A stretch of DNA of 24,105 bases from Caecitellus pseudoparvulus (Eukaryota > Protista > Bigyra: Bicosoecida), in assembly GCA_965644315.1 (NCBI GenBank), contig CBFFRQ010000004.1:1-24105 (forward strand). Direction: 5' to 3'. The notes beneath the pieces are model-generated. The model did not search any database, had not been told where the DNA came from, and was given only the letters and a program-made list of their open reading frames with translations. Below, piece after piece: positions 1-12,800 of the stretch; position 1 is the stretch's first letter; each line of letters opens with the position of its first letter. Made by a program: the position numbers and the translations under genes.

Positions 1-3000
1 GACACACCGCTCTGCAGAACGGTGCGAGGCAAGGCGAGAGATGAAGATGAAAGGAGTCCCCAGTCTTGCATGCAGCTTCGCTGCAAAGTAAGGCCACCGT
101 CTTGGTTGCTGGTGAACTCCAGAGCGACTCGCCCTGCTCGAACAGCTGCACCACGTTTGATTGGCACGGTCTGGCACACAACTGCGTGAAGCGAAATGTT
201 CCCAGCACTTGCATCAGTTGCCGATCCGGCCGTGGAAATGTCAAGGTGTGAGCCTGCGTCTGAAAGCTGCACGGTGAGCTGGCTGACATCAGGAGGCGTT
301 GTATCAACCTGCACGCAGGGTGCCTGAACCGCGCCACTTGTCGCTTGCAAAGAGTTCGATACAGTCAACTCGGCGCAGTACGTTCCATCGCTGAGGGAAA
401 GCCCCGAGACAGAAGCGCTTCCAGCAGACGCGAGAACGGTGATGCTGCCAACAGGTGCACTCGTTTCATCCACCCACTGAACTGACACGTCTGCTAGGGA
501 CGAGTGCGGCTCAAGAATCGTGGCCAGCTCCCAGCTTACGGCAAGGGCACTTGAGTCTGCCTGCACCCCAGCATTGACTCCTGCAGAGCTGCTACTGTAG
601 ACCTGCGCAGACGACACGTCGGGCGGCGACCGGTCGATTCGCAGGGGGTCTGAAGTTGCAGTCGTGTTCAGCCCAACGCCGTTCACGACTGTGAGGGTGG
701 CAAACAGCGCATCACCATCAGCGCCGACTCCAAAAGCTAAATCATGCTGCGCTGCCGAGCTCATGAGGGTCTTGGGCATGACGTTGTCTGAATCTGGGGC
801 AGTGCCAATGTGAAGGAAGATGGCATGCACGTCACTTTCCTGGTCAGCGAAGCCCTCCCATGCAACAGCAAGATGGTTCGAAGCAGTTGCGAGCACAGGG
901 TTGAACGTGGCGTCCGTCGTCCCTGCAGCCAGCACGCTCTCCCCGAAGAATACTCGGCCACTTATAGGGGGAGTTGAGTCGATGGTGAAGGCAACGCGCT
1001 CTTCGGATCGCAGGCCCGCGCCGTTCTCACAAGAAACCAGAGTGCTGACACTGGCCAAGCCCTGAGCCGCTCCCAAGCCAAGAGGGATCGACAAAGTGCT
1101 GGACTTGTGCAATACCAACTGCTCTGATCCCAGCTGGGTTTGGTTCGCTGCCGTACCTGTGTGCAGGGAGCAGAAGGTCGGCGGGGTCTCGTCCTCCGCC
1201 ACGGACAACTGCAACACAGCGGCAGACGCGTCCACGACAAAGGAATTCGCCAGGTCTGGGTTGCTGGAGTCCAGCACGGCGGTGTTCGTCAGGACCGGCG
1301 CAGTGGAATCATACGTTGCGCCGTCAGACAGGGCTACAACGCGCTCGCCCAGGGGGTTGCTGGTCACAACAGCTGCAAATACTTGGACTCCCAGTGGGAA
1401 TCCGGGACCCACCTGGTGAACTGCAAAGAGAGCATCATCCACGCTCTTGAGGTTTGTGACGGTGCAGTTGGGTTCCCCACTTGGAAGCAGTGCCACGGCG
1501 CGCGTGAGGCACCACTCGTACGTGAAGTCTCCAGTCTGGAAACGGCCATCTTGCGCAGCTCCCCATGTCAGGTGAACAAGGGTGTCATGCAAGGCAGCAG
1601 TGTCAACTTCCTGCCCGGCTGGGCCGTCACTCACAGTCCCAGGCACGGTGACCGTTGTGCTGACTTTGCGTGGCCTGGAGCTGACGGGGGAAGTGGGCAG
1701 ACCAACTCCGTTGGTGGCTGTGACAACTGCCCTCACTCGTGCACCGTCGAAGACTGTCACTGCTGGGCTTTCAGCCCGCAGAGCGCCCTGTGCGTCAACA
1801 GCAGCATCCACGGTTGCAATGACAACATCCGTCCCGGGCGGCACAGACTCTGCGTCCCACACAAACTGGACGCGGGCAGCAGCGACACCTGACTGTGCAT
1901 CTGCGAAGGGCGTTGCTGCAACTGACAGTACAGCATCCGTTACGACGCCTGGCCACCCGCTCTGCGAGCTGAACCCAGTCGGGAAGGTGATGCGAGGGCG
2001 CAGCAGGCGTGCGCTGTCAGGAGAGACGACGGGTGGCGAAGTCTCCACAGCAACACCGTTGGAGCTGCGCTGACTGAGCAGGCCTGCGGTGTTGCGTACC
2101 TTGAATGTTGCGTAGTACGTGCCCTCTGGCAGGTCAGCGGAGGCTGTAAAGCTGCAGGTGAGCTGATCCTGACCAGCGGACAGAGCCAGGGGAATGACGG
2201 GTGAAGCGTCTGCTGCTCCAGGAGCAGTGCCGAAGAAGCACTCAACCGACTGGATCCCGGACTCGGAATCGATGGGGGCTTGCATGGTAGCGGCAAACTT
2301 CCGCACGCTGCGCTGAACGGCTGCATCGCCTCGAAGCGAAACCCCATCCACAACGGGCCCCAGCACGGGAGGCGTGAAGTCCACGAGAACGCCGTCGCTC
2401 CAGTGCACACTAGTAAGGCCTTGCCTGTTAGTTGCACGCACGGCAATCCTGTAATTCCCCGTGGTGAGCACTTCCACCGCTCCGCACTCGGCACTTGGGC
2501 TGATGGACAACCAGCTTGCTGGTTGCGTCCAATGGCTGCCGTTCAAGCGAGAGAAGCCGAGTTCAACAGCAGTTATAGTGGAGGCGTCTTCACTGCAGCT
2601 CCAGCACACCCCCAGCAGGCCTTGCTGCGCCCACATATCAACGTCTTGCCCTGGCACGGGCCCGTCCGTCGGAGTCTGGCAGGTAGGGGGTGTCACGTCA
2701 ACCGTGACTCCAGACGTCGCAATTTCTGTGCTCAAACCAGCCTTGTTAGTGGCCTTGAACTCGACCTTCAGCTGTGCTCCCTGTGATGCAGGTGGCATGG
2801 GCAGTGTGATGCCAGCTGCTGGGTCCCCTTCAACTGCAGTCCACGCGGTCACTGGCGACACAGCGCCTCCAGCCAAGGTCTCAACCACGCGGGCATCAAC
2901 GCCAGCAATGTTTGTCTCGCCATCAACAAAGGATGCCGTGGCACTCAAGTGGGTGGCGTTGGAGGTGAACTGCACATCCTCAGCCCCTACTCCATCCCGT

Positions 3001-6000
3001 GGCTCGAACAGCGACAGGGGGGGCGTCGAGTCCACGATGACGCCGTCTGAGGTGCAGACGCCCACGCTGCCCGCACCATTCGTGACAACGACCACCGTGT
3101 ACAGCTTCTCACCAGAGGGCAGCAGCACCCCCTGCTCCATGAAGTGGGCAGCTTCCCGAGCACTGGCGGGAGCGTCTTGCAGAGGCAGGAAGTCATCTGC
3201 CCCTTGCAGACGCCCGATGCCGTACTGCACACGCGCGACGCCGGACTCGGGGTCGGTAGCCGACCACTGCAGCCAGGGAAGGAAGGAAGAGGTGAAGTCC
3301 TCGTCAACGCCCTTCACAGGGCCGTCCCATGCGAAACACGAGGGGGGCGTGGTGTCCACACTCACCGGCACGGTGGATACTGCGTGGGACATGCCGATGC
3401 CGTTCACGGCTCGCACGAGTCCGTACACTGTCTGCCCATGCGCCAGATCCAGCCCCACCATGGCGGCCTGGGTGGACAGCGTGCCGCGTGTGAAGAACAC
3501 GATGTCAGCTGCTTCTGGCGTGGAGCCCAGCCCCACATCGTACCGCACAATGCCAGTCTGGTTGTCCGCGAAGCCCGCCCAGTGCAGGGTGAAGGTGGAC
3601 GTGCTGGAGATGAAGGTGCCTGAGGCTGGTGCGGCACCTGCCAGACCCAGACGGGCCCAGGCAGCGCCATCCACAGGCCCCGTATCGTCGATGAAAATAC
3701 CGTTGCTCCAGACACTGGTGGCCTGGCCTGCCTCGTCCACGGCCGTGACGCGCGTGAAATACGTCTGCTGTGGGGTGAGCGGGTCGTCTTGCAGGTCCAG
3801 CACCGTCCACTCTAGCAGCCCGACACTGTGGTCGGGCACGACGTCACAGGGGCCGTCCGCGGCGGTGGCAGCGCAGACACGGTAGTCCACGATGGAACTC
3901 TCCAAGTCCAGGAAGTTGGCCCAGCTGATGACCAGCACCTCCGTCATGCTCTGTGCGACAGCGTCTGCGGCGCCAGGCATGCCGTCCGTCACAATGCCCG
4001 GCAGGGGGGGGCGGGTGTCAATGAGGATCGTGCTGGGCACATCTACAATGCGCACCCCGCTGGCTTCGTTGTCACAGCGAATGTGCGCGTGCAGGGTGCC
4101 AGACTCAGGCAAGCTAGCGCCAGATACCGTGATCCAGTGTGTGCTAGATCGGGCCTGAGCTGCGGTTGGCAGTCGAGTTCGCAGCTGCAGTGCAGCAGAC
4201 AGCGTGTCAGCGAATATACTCCCAAAGCCCGGGTGGTGCACGCGCGGAGGCAAGCTCACAGACCCATCGGCGTATTGGTTCGCCCCCACAGGTGCAGGTA
4301 GCTGGCCTGGGAACAGCACAGCATTGTCTACAATGTCTGTGCCGCGGTAGTATGTTCCGATAGATGCTCTACAGAGCAAGTTGGCACTCTCCAGCTCCTC
4401 AGCGGTCCAAGTCAGAACCACCACATCGCTGCGGTCGACGACGGTGCGCCGACCGAAGGAGCTGTTTGTGAACAGTGCCAGGCCCTTGATATCCGGGGGT
4501 GTAGTGTCAATCGCGAAGCCAGGACTCCGGCTGGTTTGAGAGAGCTGGGCCGCGTTGATGCTTTGCACTGCGAAGCGATACTTGCCACCTTGCAGCAAAG
4601 ACTGGAAGGTAGGGAGAGAAGCTTCGTATGTCGTTGATGCTTGGGAGTTCGGAAGGGCGTAAACCGGCGTGACTCGCTCGCTTGTGGCGGCGTCCTCACC
4701 CCAAATGCGGTACTGAACAATGTCTGATTCGGCATCTGCTGCGGCCTGCCAAGTGCCGTGAAGCACGTTGGGCTCGTCCTGGAAGGTGAGCTGGAGAGAG
4801 GCAGCAGCCGGGTCAACGTTGGGAATGCCGCCTGCGCGGGAGTTGCCGTCTGCCACGGACGTGGAAGCTGGCGGGGTGGTGTCGATGACGACGCCGGACG
4901 TGGACATCCAAGACACCAATCCTGCCAAGTTCGTGGCCTTGATCGTAGTGAAATAGCTGTGGCCGTGCTGTAGGGGCTGGGTCAAATTCGACCAGCTCCA
5001 CTCTGTTGTTGTGCGTGGGAGGCGGACGGGCCCCGCCAGGTCGTGGAAGGACGGCCCGTCCAGGCTCGCAGCACACTCTCCTGAGTCCACTAGCCTGGCC
5101 ACTGTCGCCCGGCGAACCTTGTCACCGTCGAGAATCTCGGGGGAAATATCCCCTCGCTCATACCCGGCAACATCCGCACACTGCTCCACAGCGGCCGAAA
5201 AAGGCGCTCTTCCCAGGAACACTTCGAAGTGGGCGACAAAAGAGTCGGCGTCGAAGAAGCCAGCCGCCCAGCGACTGTGGATGCCGGCGGTGCTGGCCTG
5301 CGCAGCCACATCCACCCGGGGATTGCACAGGGTGGTCGTAAAGTTGCAGTCCAAGAAGCGGTACGGGCGGTCGGTCAGAGGCGGCGTGGTGTCAACCATT
5401 AGCCCGTCGCCCACCATCCACTCCTCTGCCCTGGCGCCGTTGCGCACTCGGACAGTGACAAAGGCCGGCATTTGAGCCTGCAGGTTGACGTTGCGTAGGA
5501 CAACTTCTTGCTGGTTTCGTTTGGGCAGGGTCTGCCAGGGGAGGATGTCGGCGCCACCCGGGGTGATGCCCACTCCCACCAAGATCTCCTCCACGCCTGA
5601 CGTCTCATCCCACGACTGCCATGCAGCGTGCAGGATGGCCCCAGAAGACGTGAAGTCTAGCTCCTGGGACAGGTACTCGGACGGCAGCAACGGGGCCTGT
5701 GTTCGGAAAGGATCGGCCGATGCCGGGTTACGCACAATGTCCGCGTAGTCGACGTCGGGGTCAACCTTCAACTCCCGTACGTTGAGAACACTTGCGCGCG
5801 TGGCGTCCACAATGAAGCCATTGGAGAAAGCTTCATCCCGCACACCTGCGACGTTGGCGGAGATGATGCTCCACCTGTACTCTGTCTCGTGCTGCAACAT
5901 GCCGTCAAGCGGCAGTGTGTACGCCCAAGACCTGGAAGTGCCCAAGTGCACATGCCGGCTCTCTCCGACGCGCGCAGGCACCATCATTCGGGATGGCTCG

Positions 6001-6848
6001 ACTTCCTCGAGGTTGACCCAGTAGTCAGTGACTTCTGAGCCTTCGCGGTCAACGAAGGACTGGAAGGTCACCGCGATGCGCTGTCTGGACGGCCAGAACG
6101 TCACATCTTCCCGCTCGCCCCAGCCCAGCGTGCCGCCGCTCTCGGAGATGATGCGGGGCAAGGCGGGGGTGTGGTCCACAAACAGAGCATGGCTTGTAAA
6201 CACTGCCTGCAAGCCCAAGCTGTTTGTGCTTTCCACATTTACCCAGTAGTATACGCCGTGCTGCAAGTCCAAGCCACCCGCTTCTGCGAAGTACCAGTCC
6301 GCGGACTTGCTGGCCATGAGGTCTTGCGAGCCAGTGTCAGCCCACGGCAGCACGTCATCCACGCCTTCCTGCGTACCGATGGAGAACCGGACCTGGGAGA
6401 TCTCTGCGTGCTCAGCAGGCTCCACGACTTTGAAGCGGATGGACAACACATCAGTGGCATTGATGACTTGGAAGTCGCCGTAGTTCAAGTACTGCCCTGT
6501 CGCCGCGTTCTTCACTTGGATATCCAGCACTTGAGGAGCGCTAGCATCGCAGACAAAGGGCACAGAGATGCCCGATGCAAGCCCTTCCACGTTTGCTGCA
6601 ACGACGCTGACAAAAGCTGGTGCGTCTTCACCTGGGCAGTCCACGCCATTGAAGGTGAAAGTTGTGATGTCTTCATCATCGAAGTACTCGGCAATGTCCT
6701 GCATCATGGGAGTTTTTCCCAGCGCAACAGAGAACTGCCGGACATAGTTCTCATCGTCATAGAAGCCCCCAAACTCCGTCACAACTGTCGTAGCATCCAC
6801 TTGCAGAGCCGAAGCGTAGGCTGCGTCAATTTCAGGTGGAGTCGTGTC
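1..6848 (-). repeat. Tandem array of at least 18 complete (+1 partial) FN3/Ig-like beta-sandwich repeats delimited by D-x-T-P-P linkers
   Basis: Linker Asp/Glu at about 6848, 6548, 6176, 5807, 5393, 4883, 4508, 4019, 3689, 3356, 3032, 2699, 2381, 2045, ~1662 (degenerate), 1310, 980, 635 and 305; spacing 300-510 nt. Recurrent consensus: DTTPP..DG..D..W-x-x-F-x-D-x-ESG[IV]..G-T-x-x-G-x-x-D[IV]..L-x-x-G-x-x-Y..V-x-A-x-N-x-AGL..S[DN]G. The repeat is visible at protein level only. Confidence 0.88.
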
Positions 6849-9800
6849 AGGGGGCAAGTTGCAGATCTTGAACAGCTCGGTGGTGTGCCACGCGTCGCCA
6901 TATGGCTTGTAGCTGGCAATCTCAAAAGTCTTCTCTGCGCACATGACGAGGCTGCACTTCGGCAGCTTGATTGTGGCGAAGCCGATCTTGATGCGGATGG
7001 GGCAGCAGGTGCACTTGATGCAGAGACGGAAGGCAAAGTATGCCTCAATAGTAATGGAGGGGTAGATGATGGCAAGATCCATGCTGAGACACAGGCGCAC
7101 CGCCCCCCCCGGGGTAATGCCGAATGAAGCGGTGGGAATGATGCCAAGCGAGAACAGGCGCACAACTGCTCGCACGCCGGCATACCCCAGTCCGACATCA
7201 ATTTGGATCGCAGCAGAGAAGAAGGGGGTCACAATGGGCACTAATGATGCAGCCAAGAGTTTCTCCTGCAGCAGAAGGGAGATGACGAGGTCCACCTTGA
7301 CCTCCACACCGGCATCGACGATGAGGAAGAGCGGGACGATGGGAACAGGAATGGGGTGCTTGAGGTGGAAAAAAAGGAAGGAACCTTCCATGAGCACCGA
7401 CGTTTCTTGGATGCCCGCGTCAAACTTCGGATCCAGAGCACCAACCTTTGGGGCTTCTGGCGTCAGGCTGGTGACCCCGCCAGGCTGCCCCACCTGCAGC
7501 TCCCGGGACTCGGTCAGGTGCACTGAAGGCTTGTTCAAAGCATCTGCAGCACCCAACAAACCTGGCTCCATCACGTGCGCCATTCGCACTCGCAGCTCGC
7601 GGCCATCCTCCGTCACGATCGTGACTGCTGGCAGAGAACCCTCTGTGCGGCCAGCATGCACCAGTTCAGCTGGAAGAGCAAGGTGCTCGACGTGGGGCGC
7701 CTCTCCAGCCTGCAGACTGCGCCTGTAAGGACTGACAGCGTGTGCCCGCCCCTCTTCGGCCAGGCGCCGGTTGAAGCTGTACTTGGGCCGCTGAGACACC
7801 TCCTTGCAGTAGTCCCCACCAACTGGCAGCAGGCAGCGAGGACCAATGTGAGAAAACAGCATGAACGGGGGCTTGTGCTGGCGCACCTTGAAGTACAGGA
7901 TGTTCTCAGTGAACTGTGGGTTCACATTTCGCACCACAGGCAAGCCCAGTTTGTACACGCTGTCGTCCCGCAGCGCCCCGATCCGCTGCACCTGGTCGTA
8001 CACATGGCTGGATCCAGACGACGTGAGGACAAGCAGGAAGGTCACATCCGTACCATCGTACATAGAGATGGACTCCATGCCTGCCGGCCCTCGCATCTTT
8101 AGTGTGGACGTCCCCAGGGACTGCTTGGACGACTGCCCCTTGGTGGGGGCTGTCTTGGAGGGCTTGGCATTGGGAGTGCGCTGGGCCGTGGAACCCTTGG
8201 TCTTTGACTGCCTGCGTTTCTTGAGCTTGTCAGGCTCTGGTGGCTGCACGAGCTTGTAGTGCTTTGCAGTCAACTGCTTGGAGGTATCCAGGGACAACAC
8301 CTTGCCCAGCACGATGCCGTCCTGGAAGGGCAGCAGTGTCGTGCCATCTGCCAGAGTGTGGAAGTCAAGAGCGCACGTGCTGCCATCACGAGTGTAGGTG
8401 CACCGGTTCACACCAAGATTCTTGAAGCCCAACTGGTCGTACACAATGAGACCCTTGATGCGGGCACCAGCACTGACAACCAAGTTTGGAGCAAGCACCT
8501 CCGTCTCCTCCACGGTGGTGGTCAGCGAGAAGTCTAGCCCACGTGGCATGCCGTTCAAACCGACCGTGTACCCAACCACCCAGCCCTTGTTGCACTTGCG
8601 CCAGTAGTTGTCCTCGCCATACTCGTCATTGCTCGGGCGCCTTGCAGTAGAACCGTGAGAGAACGGCCCGTATGGACCATGCGCACAGGCAGACGAGTCG
8701 TACTCATGCGAAACTGTGTGGTGAGCCGCTACATCCATAGTGTACGTGAAGTAGTTCTCCTGGCTCTCTTCATCGGCAGTGCGGGCGGGAGGGTCCTTGG
8801 CGTCCTCAGTATCTCCTTCAGCAGGGGGTGGCGTGCGTCCAGAAAGGCGCATGCGTGTGCTGGACCGCTGGCGGGGCTTGGCAGGCGGCTTGGGGGCAAA
8901 CTTGGGCTGCTTCGCGTCTCCCGGCTCGTAATACTCCCCGACCCACAGAATGCCTTCCGCATCGAATGACTCCCTGTCATAGAACAGCGAGTTGGCTTTC
9001 ACGTCCACCTCGATCTGCTCGCGCTTCGCGACAAGCTCCGCGAAGAGCGTCGAGTCGTCGCTGACCAAATCCATCAACTCGCTGTAGTCGAACGGCACGA
9101 TGTGGTTCTCACGCGCTGTTGACGGCAGGAACTTGCGCTCCACATCTGCTGCGGACCAGTCCGGCTTGTCAGAGCAGGTCCACAGAATGTCGTGGTCGGG
9201 GTCGATGGCGATGTCTGCCACGGAGCCCGTGTATGGTTCCTCCTCGGACGTCAGCAGGGAGACCACTTTCAGGATCTCCTCATCGTCATTCATGACAACG
9301 AGGATGCTGGCGGCGCCTTCGTTGGCCCCCACGCCGTAATACGACATGATGAAGCGCCGGTAGTCGATGGCCTCCACGCCCTGGGGCATCCAGTCCTCGA
9401 ACAGCCCAGGCACAGTGTACCGCCACTTGTCGTCGCGGCAAGGGTACCCGAAGATCTGGCACGAGCCAAAGGCAGGTGGGAAGTTCTGGTACCAGAAGTG
9501 CGTCATCTTGACGGCCATCAGGCCCGAGTACGTTTCGGCTCGCCGCTTGACGGTGTGAATGCAAGGCACGAACTCCTCGCACGGGGGCTCCAGTGCCTCA
9601 GGGTCCACCTCCCCTTCAGGGGTGCCGTTTCCGAGAAGTCGGCGCGCCTTGGCAACATAGCGTTGAATGATGTCAGCATAGCTCTCGACCTTGTCGCGCA
9701 CAGGCCGCACTCGGTCAACGACGCTTGTGGCGCCCTGCAGCACTTCCAGGGCAAGCTCCGGGATGCGGATGAACTTGTCTCGGGCAAGCAAGGCAAGCTT

Positions 9801-12800
9801 CTTCGAGAAGCCCCTGGCAAAGTCCACGACGTCATTAAGCTTCGTGATGACGCCTGAGCGGAACTTCTTAAAGTACTCCAGTGCTAGGCGGACGGGGGAC
9901 AGGACGAAGTCTGTCACCTGCTTGATGCGCGCAGCCACCCACGCGCCTGGGTTGAAAGTCTGCAGGGCTGTGATGACTGTGCGGACGCCCTTGGAAATGG
10001 GGCTCAGGAAGTCGCTGACTTTGTACACCAAGTCCCGCACGAACTCCGTGCCGGACACGACAAGGTTGGCGAACTTCAGCGCAAAGCCGCTCACACGAGC
10101 GAGGACTGACCGCACGCTCAGAGACCTGGGCGCGAGGGGCAGGGACAAGTGCCGCCCATGCTGCTGCACCACCCCTTCAAGACGGCGGGTGCCAGCTAGT
10201 GGATCGAACAGCATCTTCACGCTGCGCACCACCGTCGCGCCAGCTTGGAGCAAGGCGTCCTTGGCTCCGAAGATAGCCTGACTGAGCGCCTTCCCCTCGT
10301 TCTTCATCAGCTTGATGAAGTCCTGCACGCCCTTGACGCCGTCAGCGTAGACGCCTGCCTCACCAATGAGGGTGTCCATGGTTGCCTTGAGCACTGCCTT
10401 GATACACACGCTGCCTGTCATGCAGGCTTGCAAGTCGAAAGTGTTGACCAGGGCCGGCAGGCGCTCCTTCAGCTGAGCGATCACTTCAGCGTGCTTCTCC
10501 GTGTCTGCCAGCATGTTGCGAGCATTCTCCGCCGCGTCAAACAGCGTCACAGCGCTGTTCACACTGCTGGAAATGGCGACTGGCACGGCCTTGACAGCCT
10601 GCAACGCCGCGGCGACGTCGGAAAACACCTTCACCACGGCCTTGCGCGCGTCCAGGAAGTCAATGGCGTCCTGGCCGTAGTCCAACAGCTCCCGGACGCT
10701 GCGCGCCACCCGGGCAACAAACTCGAAGACGCCAGCCAGCTTGTCAAGGATGTAGGAGAGGAGTTTGCTGCTGGTCTCTTCCAGGAACGCCTGCCCCTTG
10801 TCCAGCAGCCTGGAGATGGTGTCGGGGACAAAGTTGGCGAAGGAGACGGCGTAGCTTCGCAGGACCTCCACCCACGAGCTGATGAGGCCCTCCAGACGGT
10901 CAATGAGGCCCTGCACCAGCCCGCGAATCATGTCCACGACCGCGCTGGCATCCACCATCTTTGATGCCACCTGCTGCACCTTTCGAGCTGTGGTAAGTAT
11001 GTCCTTCGCCTTGGTGGCCACCTCCACGAGCAGCTCGCCAGCTTCGAAGACAGTACCCGACACGGATTCCGGCATGCCCTGCGCCATGCCGAGGGCGGCT
11101 GTGCCGACCTCCTTCACAAGGTCCACCACGGGGAAGGCCTTGTCAAGGAGTGTGTCGGTGACATTGGACACCTTCTGCACGAAGCGCAGGGCCTTGTCCA
11201 CCGTCGAGCTGTTGGACGCGAAGGATTCCACCTTGTCCAGAATGACGCCAGTGAAGTTGCTCAGCTTTTCGATGCCGAGGTCCACAACACCCTGCACCTC
11301 GTCGGCGATGCGGTTCGCAAGACTGACCAGGACAGTGCGCAGGTCCTCCACATACTCGTCAGCCAGGGACCGCATGTTTGCGATGAGCTGGTACATGCGC
11401 GGCTCCACCTGTGCGCGAACAAAGTCGGCAATCGCATCGGAGTCGGTCAACACATCGAAGACATCGTTGGCAATGTCCATGTAGCCTTGCAGCTGAGCCT
11501 GCACGTCTCCTACAACAGCGTCGATGTTGGCGGACAGGGATAGGATTTGACTCGTCCACCCGTCCAGCGTGTCGATGGTGGGCCCCAGCACTGCGTCCAG
11601 TCGTTCAGCAATGCCCTGCACCACAGGCTTCACTCCCAGGACTGCGTCCACTGCCTTGAGAAGTGGCGCTGGGGAGGGGAGTTTGGACACGACCTTGGAC
11701 ACCAGGTCCTCAGCCATGGCCAGCACACGGTTCTTCAAGTTAATAACGCGGCCACCCACCGCGTCTGCCAGCTGCTTGATCTCGTCCCGCGCCAGAGTCA
11801 GCTGTGCTGCGGACGACGCACCCGCAGCCTTCATCTTCGCCACCTGCAGGGCTTTTGCCGCAGAGGCCTCAAATGCCGCTAGATCCCCCAGAGCCAGGGA
11901 CAAGACGTCTGTGGACTGGGCCGGCACGGACAAGAGCGCCGTCTGCGCCGAAGCCAGAAGCGGGCCCAGTCCAGGTGAGGCCGCAAGTGTGCTTGGCGTG
12001 GCAGCTTGAACAACTGCTGCAACACGCTGCAACATGGCAACAGCTTGGAGCGCTTCGTGCCCGTCTGGAGGGACAGTTGCGAAGAGGGAGGCTTCCTCGG
12101 TGTCGTCCAGTGCCGCCTCTGCTGCGTTGAGGTCGACGGAAACGCTGGCCCACTGCGCTTGGGAGTCCTCAGGCAGGCTGGCCAGGGCATCTTCACTGTC
12201 CACCAGCCCACTGGCAAGCAGGAAGAGGGCATCAGAGAGGGTGCCAGCTTCATCATTCGCCAGAGCAAGGGTGGATGTGGACGCTGCTTCAGCCACTGGC
12301 TTCAGCGCCCCAGCCGCAGCCTGCAATGCTTCGATGAGAATCCCAGAGCGCTGTGGAATGCTGACTTCCTCATCTCCCAGGGTATCCAGTGCGAGGATCA
12401 CTGCCGTCGCGGTCTGGACAGCCCCAGCTGACACTGAAATGTCGGACACCGCTGCAGCTGTCGCGCAGTGCAGCAGAGCAATCTCAGCAGCCCGCACACC
12501 AGCAAGCTGGGCTGACAGCTCCAGCGGCGTGGGCCCTGTCGCGGACAGAACGTCTGACGCGTCTGACACTGCGGCATGCACACTCTGGAGCGCAGCAAGC
12601 AATGCATCTCGAGCGTCAGTTGGGACGCTGGAGAGAGGCAGGGGAGGGAAGTTGGCCAAGGGGGATGCCGCTTGGATGCCGGCAAGAGCCTCGACAGCAG
12701 CCGAGGCAGACTCATCGGCCGCCAAGATCAGTGCGCCTTCCTCAGAGTCATCGTCGGGCGCAAGCCCTGTCGCAGGAGGACCGGTGAAGGCCTTGAGCGT

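Noticed and set aside
7100-7380. Possible transmembrane helices
   Set aside because: Hydrophobic, but with an alternating strand pattern, interspersed charges and Pro/Gly turns; a beta-sheet fits better. Not computationally tested.
7746-7769. RRLAEEGR resembling the oomycete RxLR-dEER effector motif
   Set aside because: It lies thousands of residues from any N-terminus; treated only as a candidate protease site.
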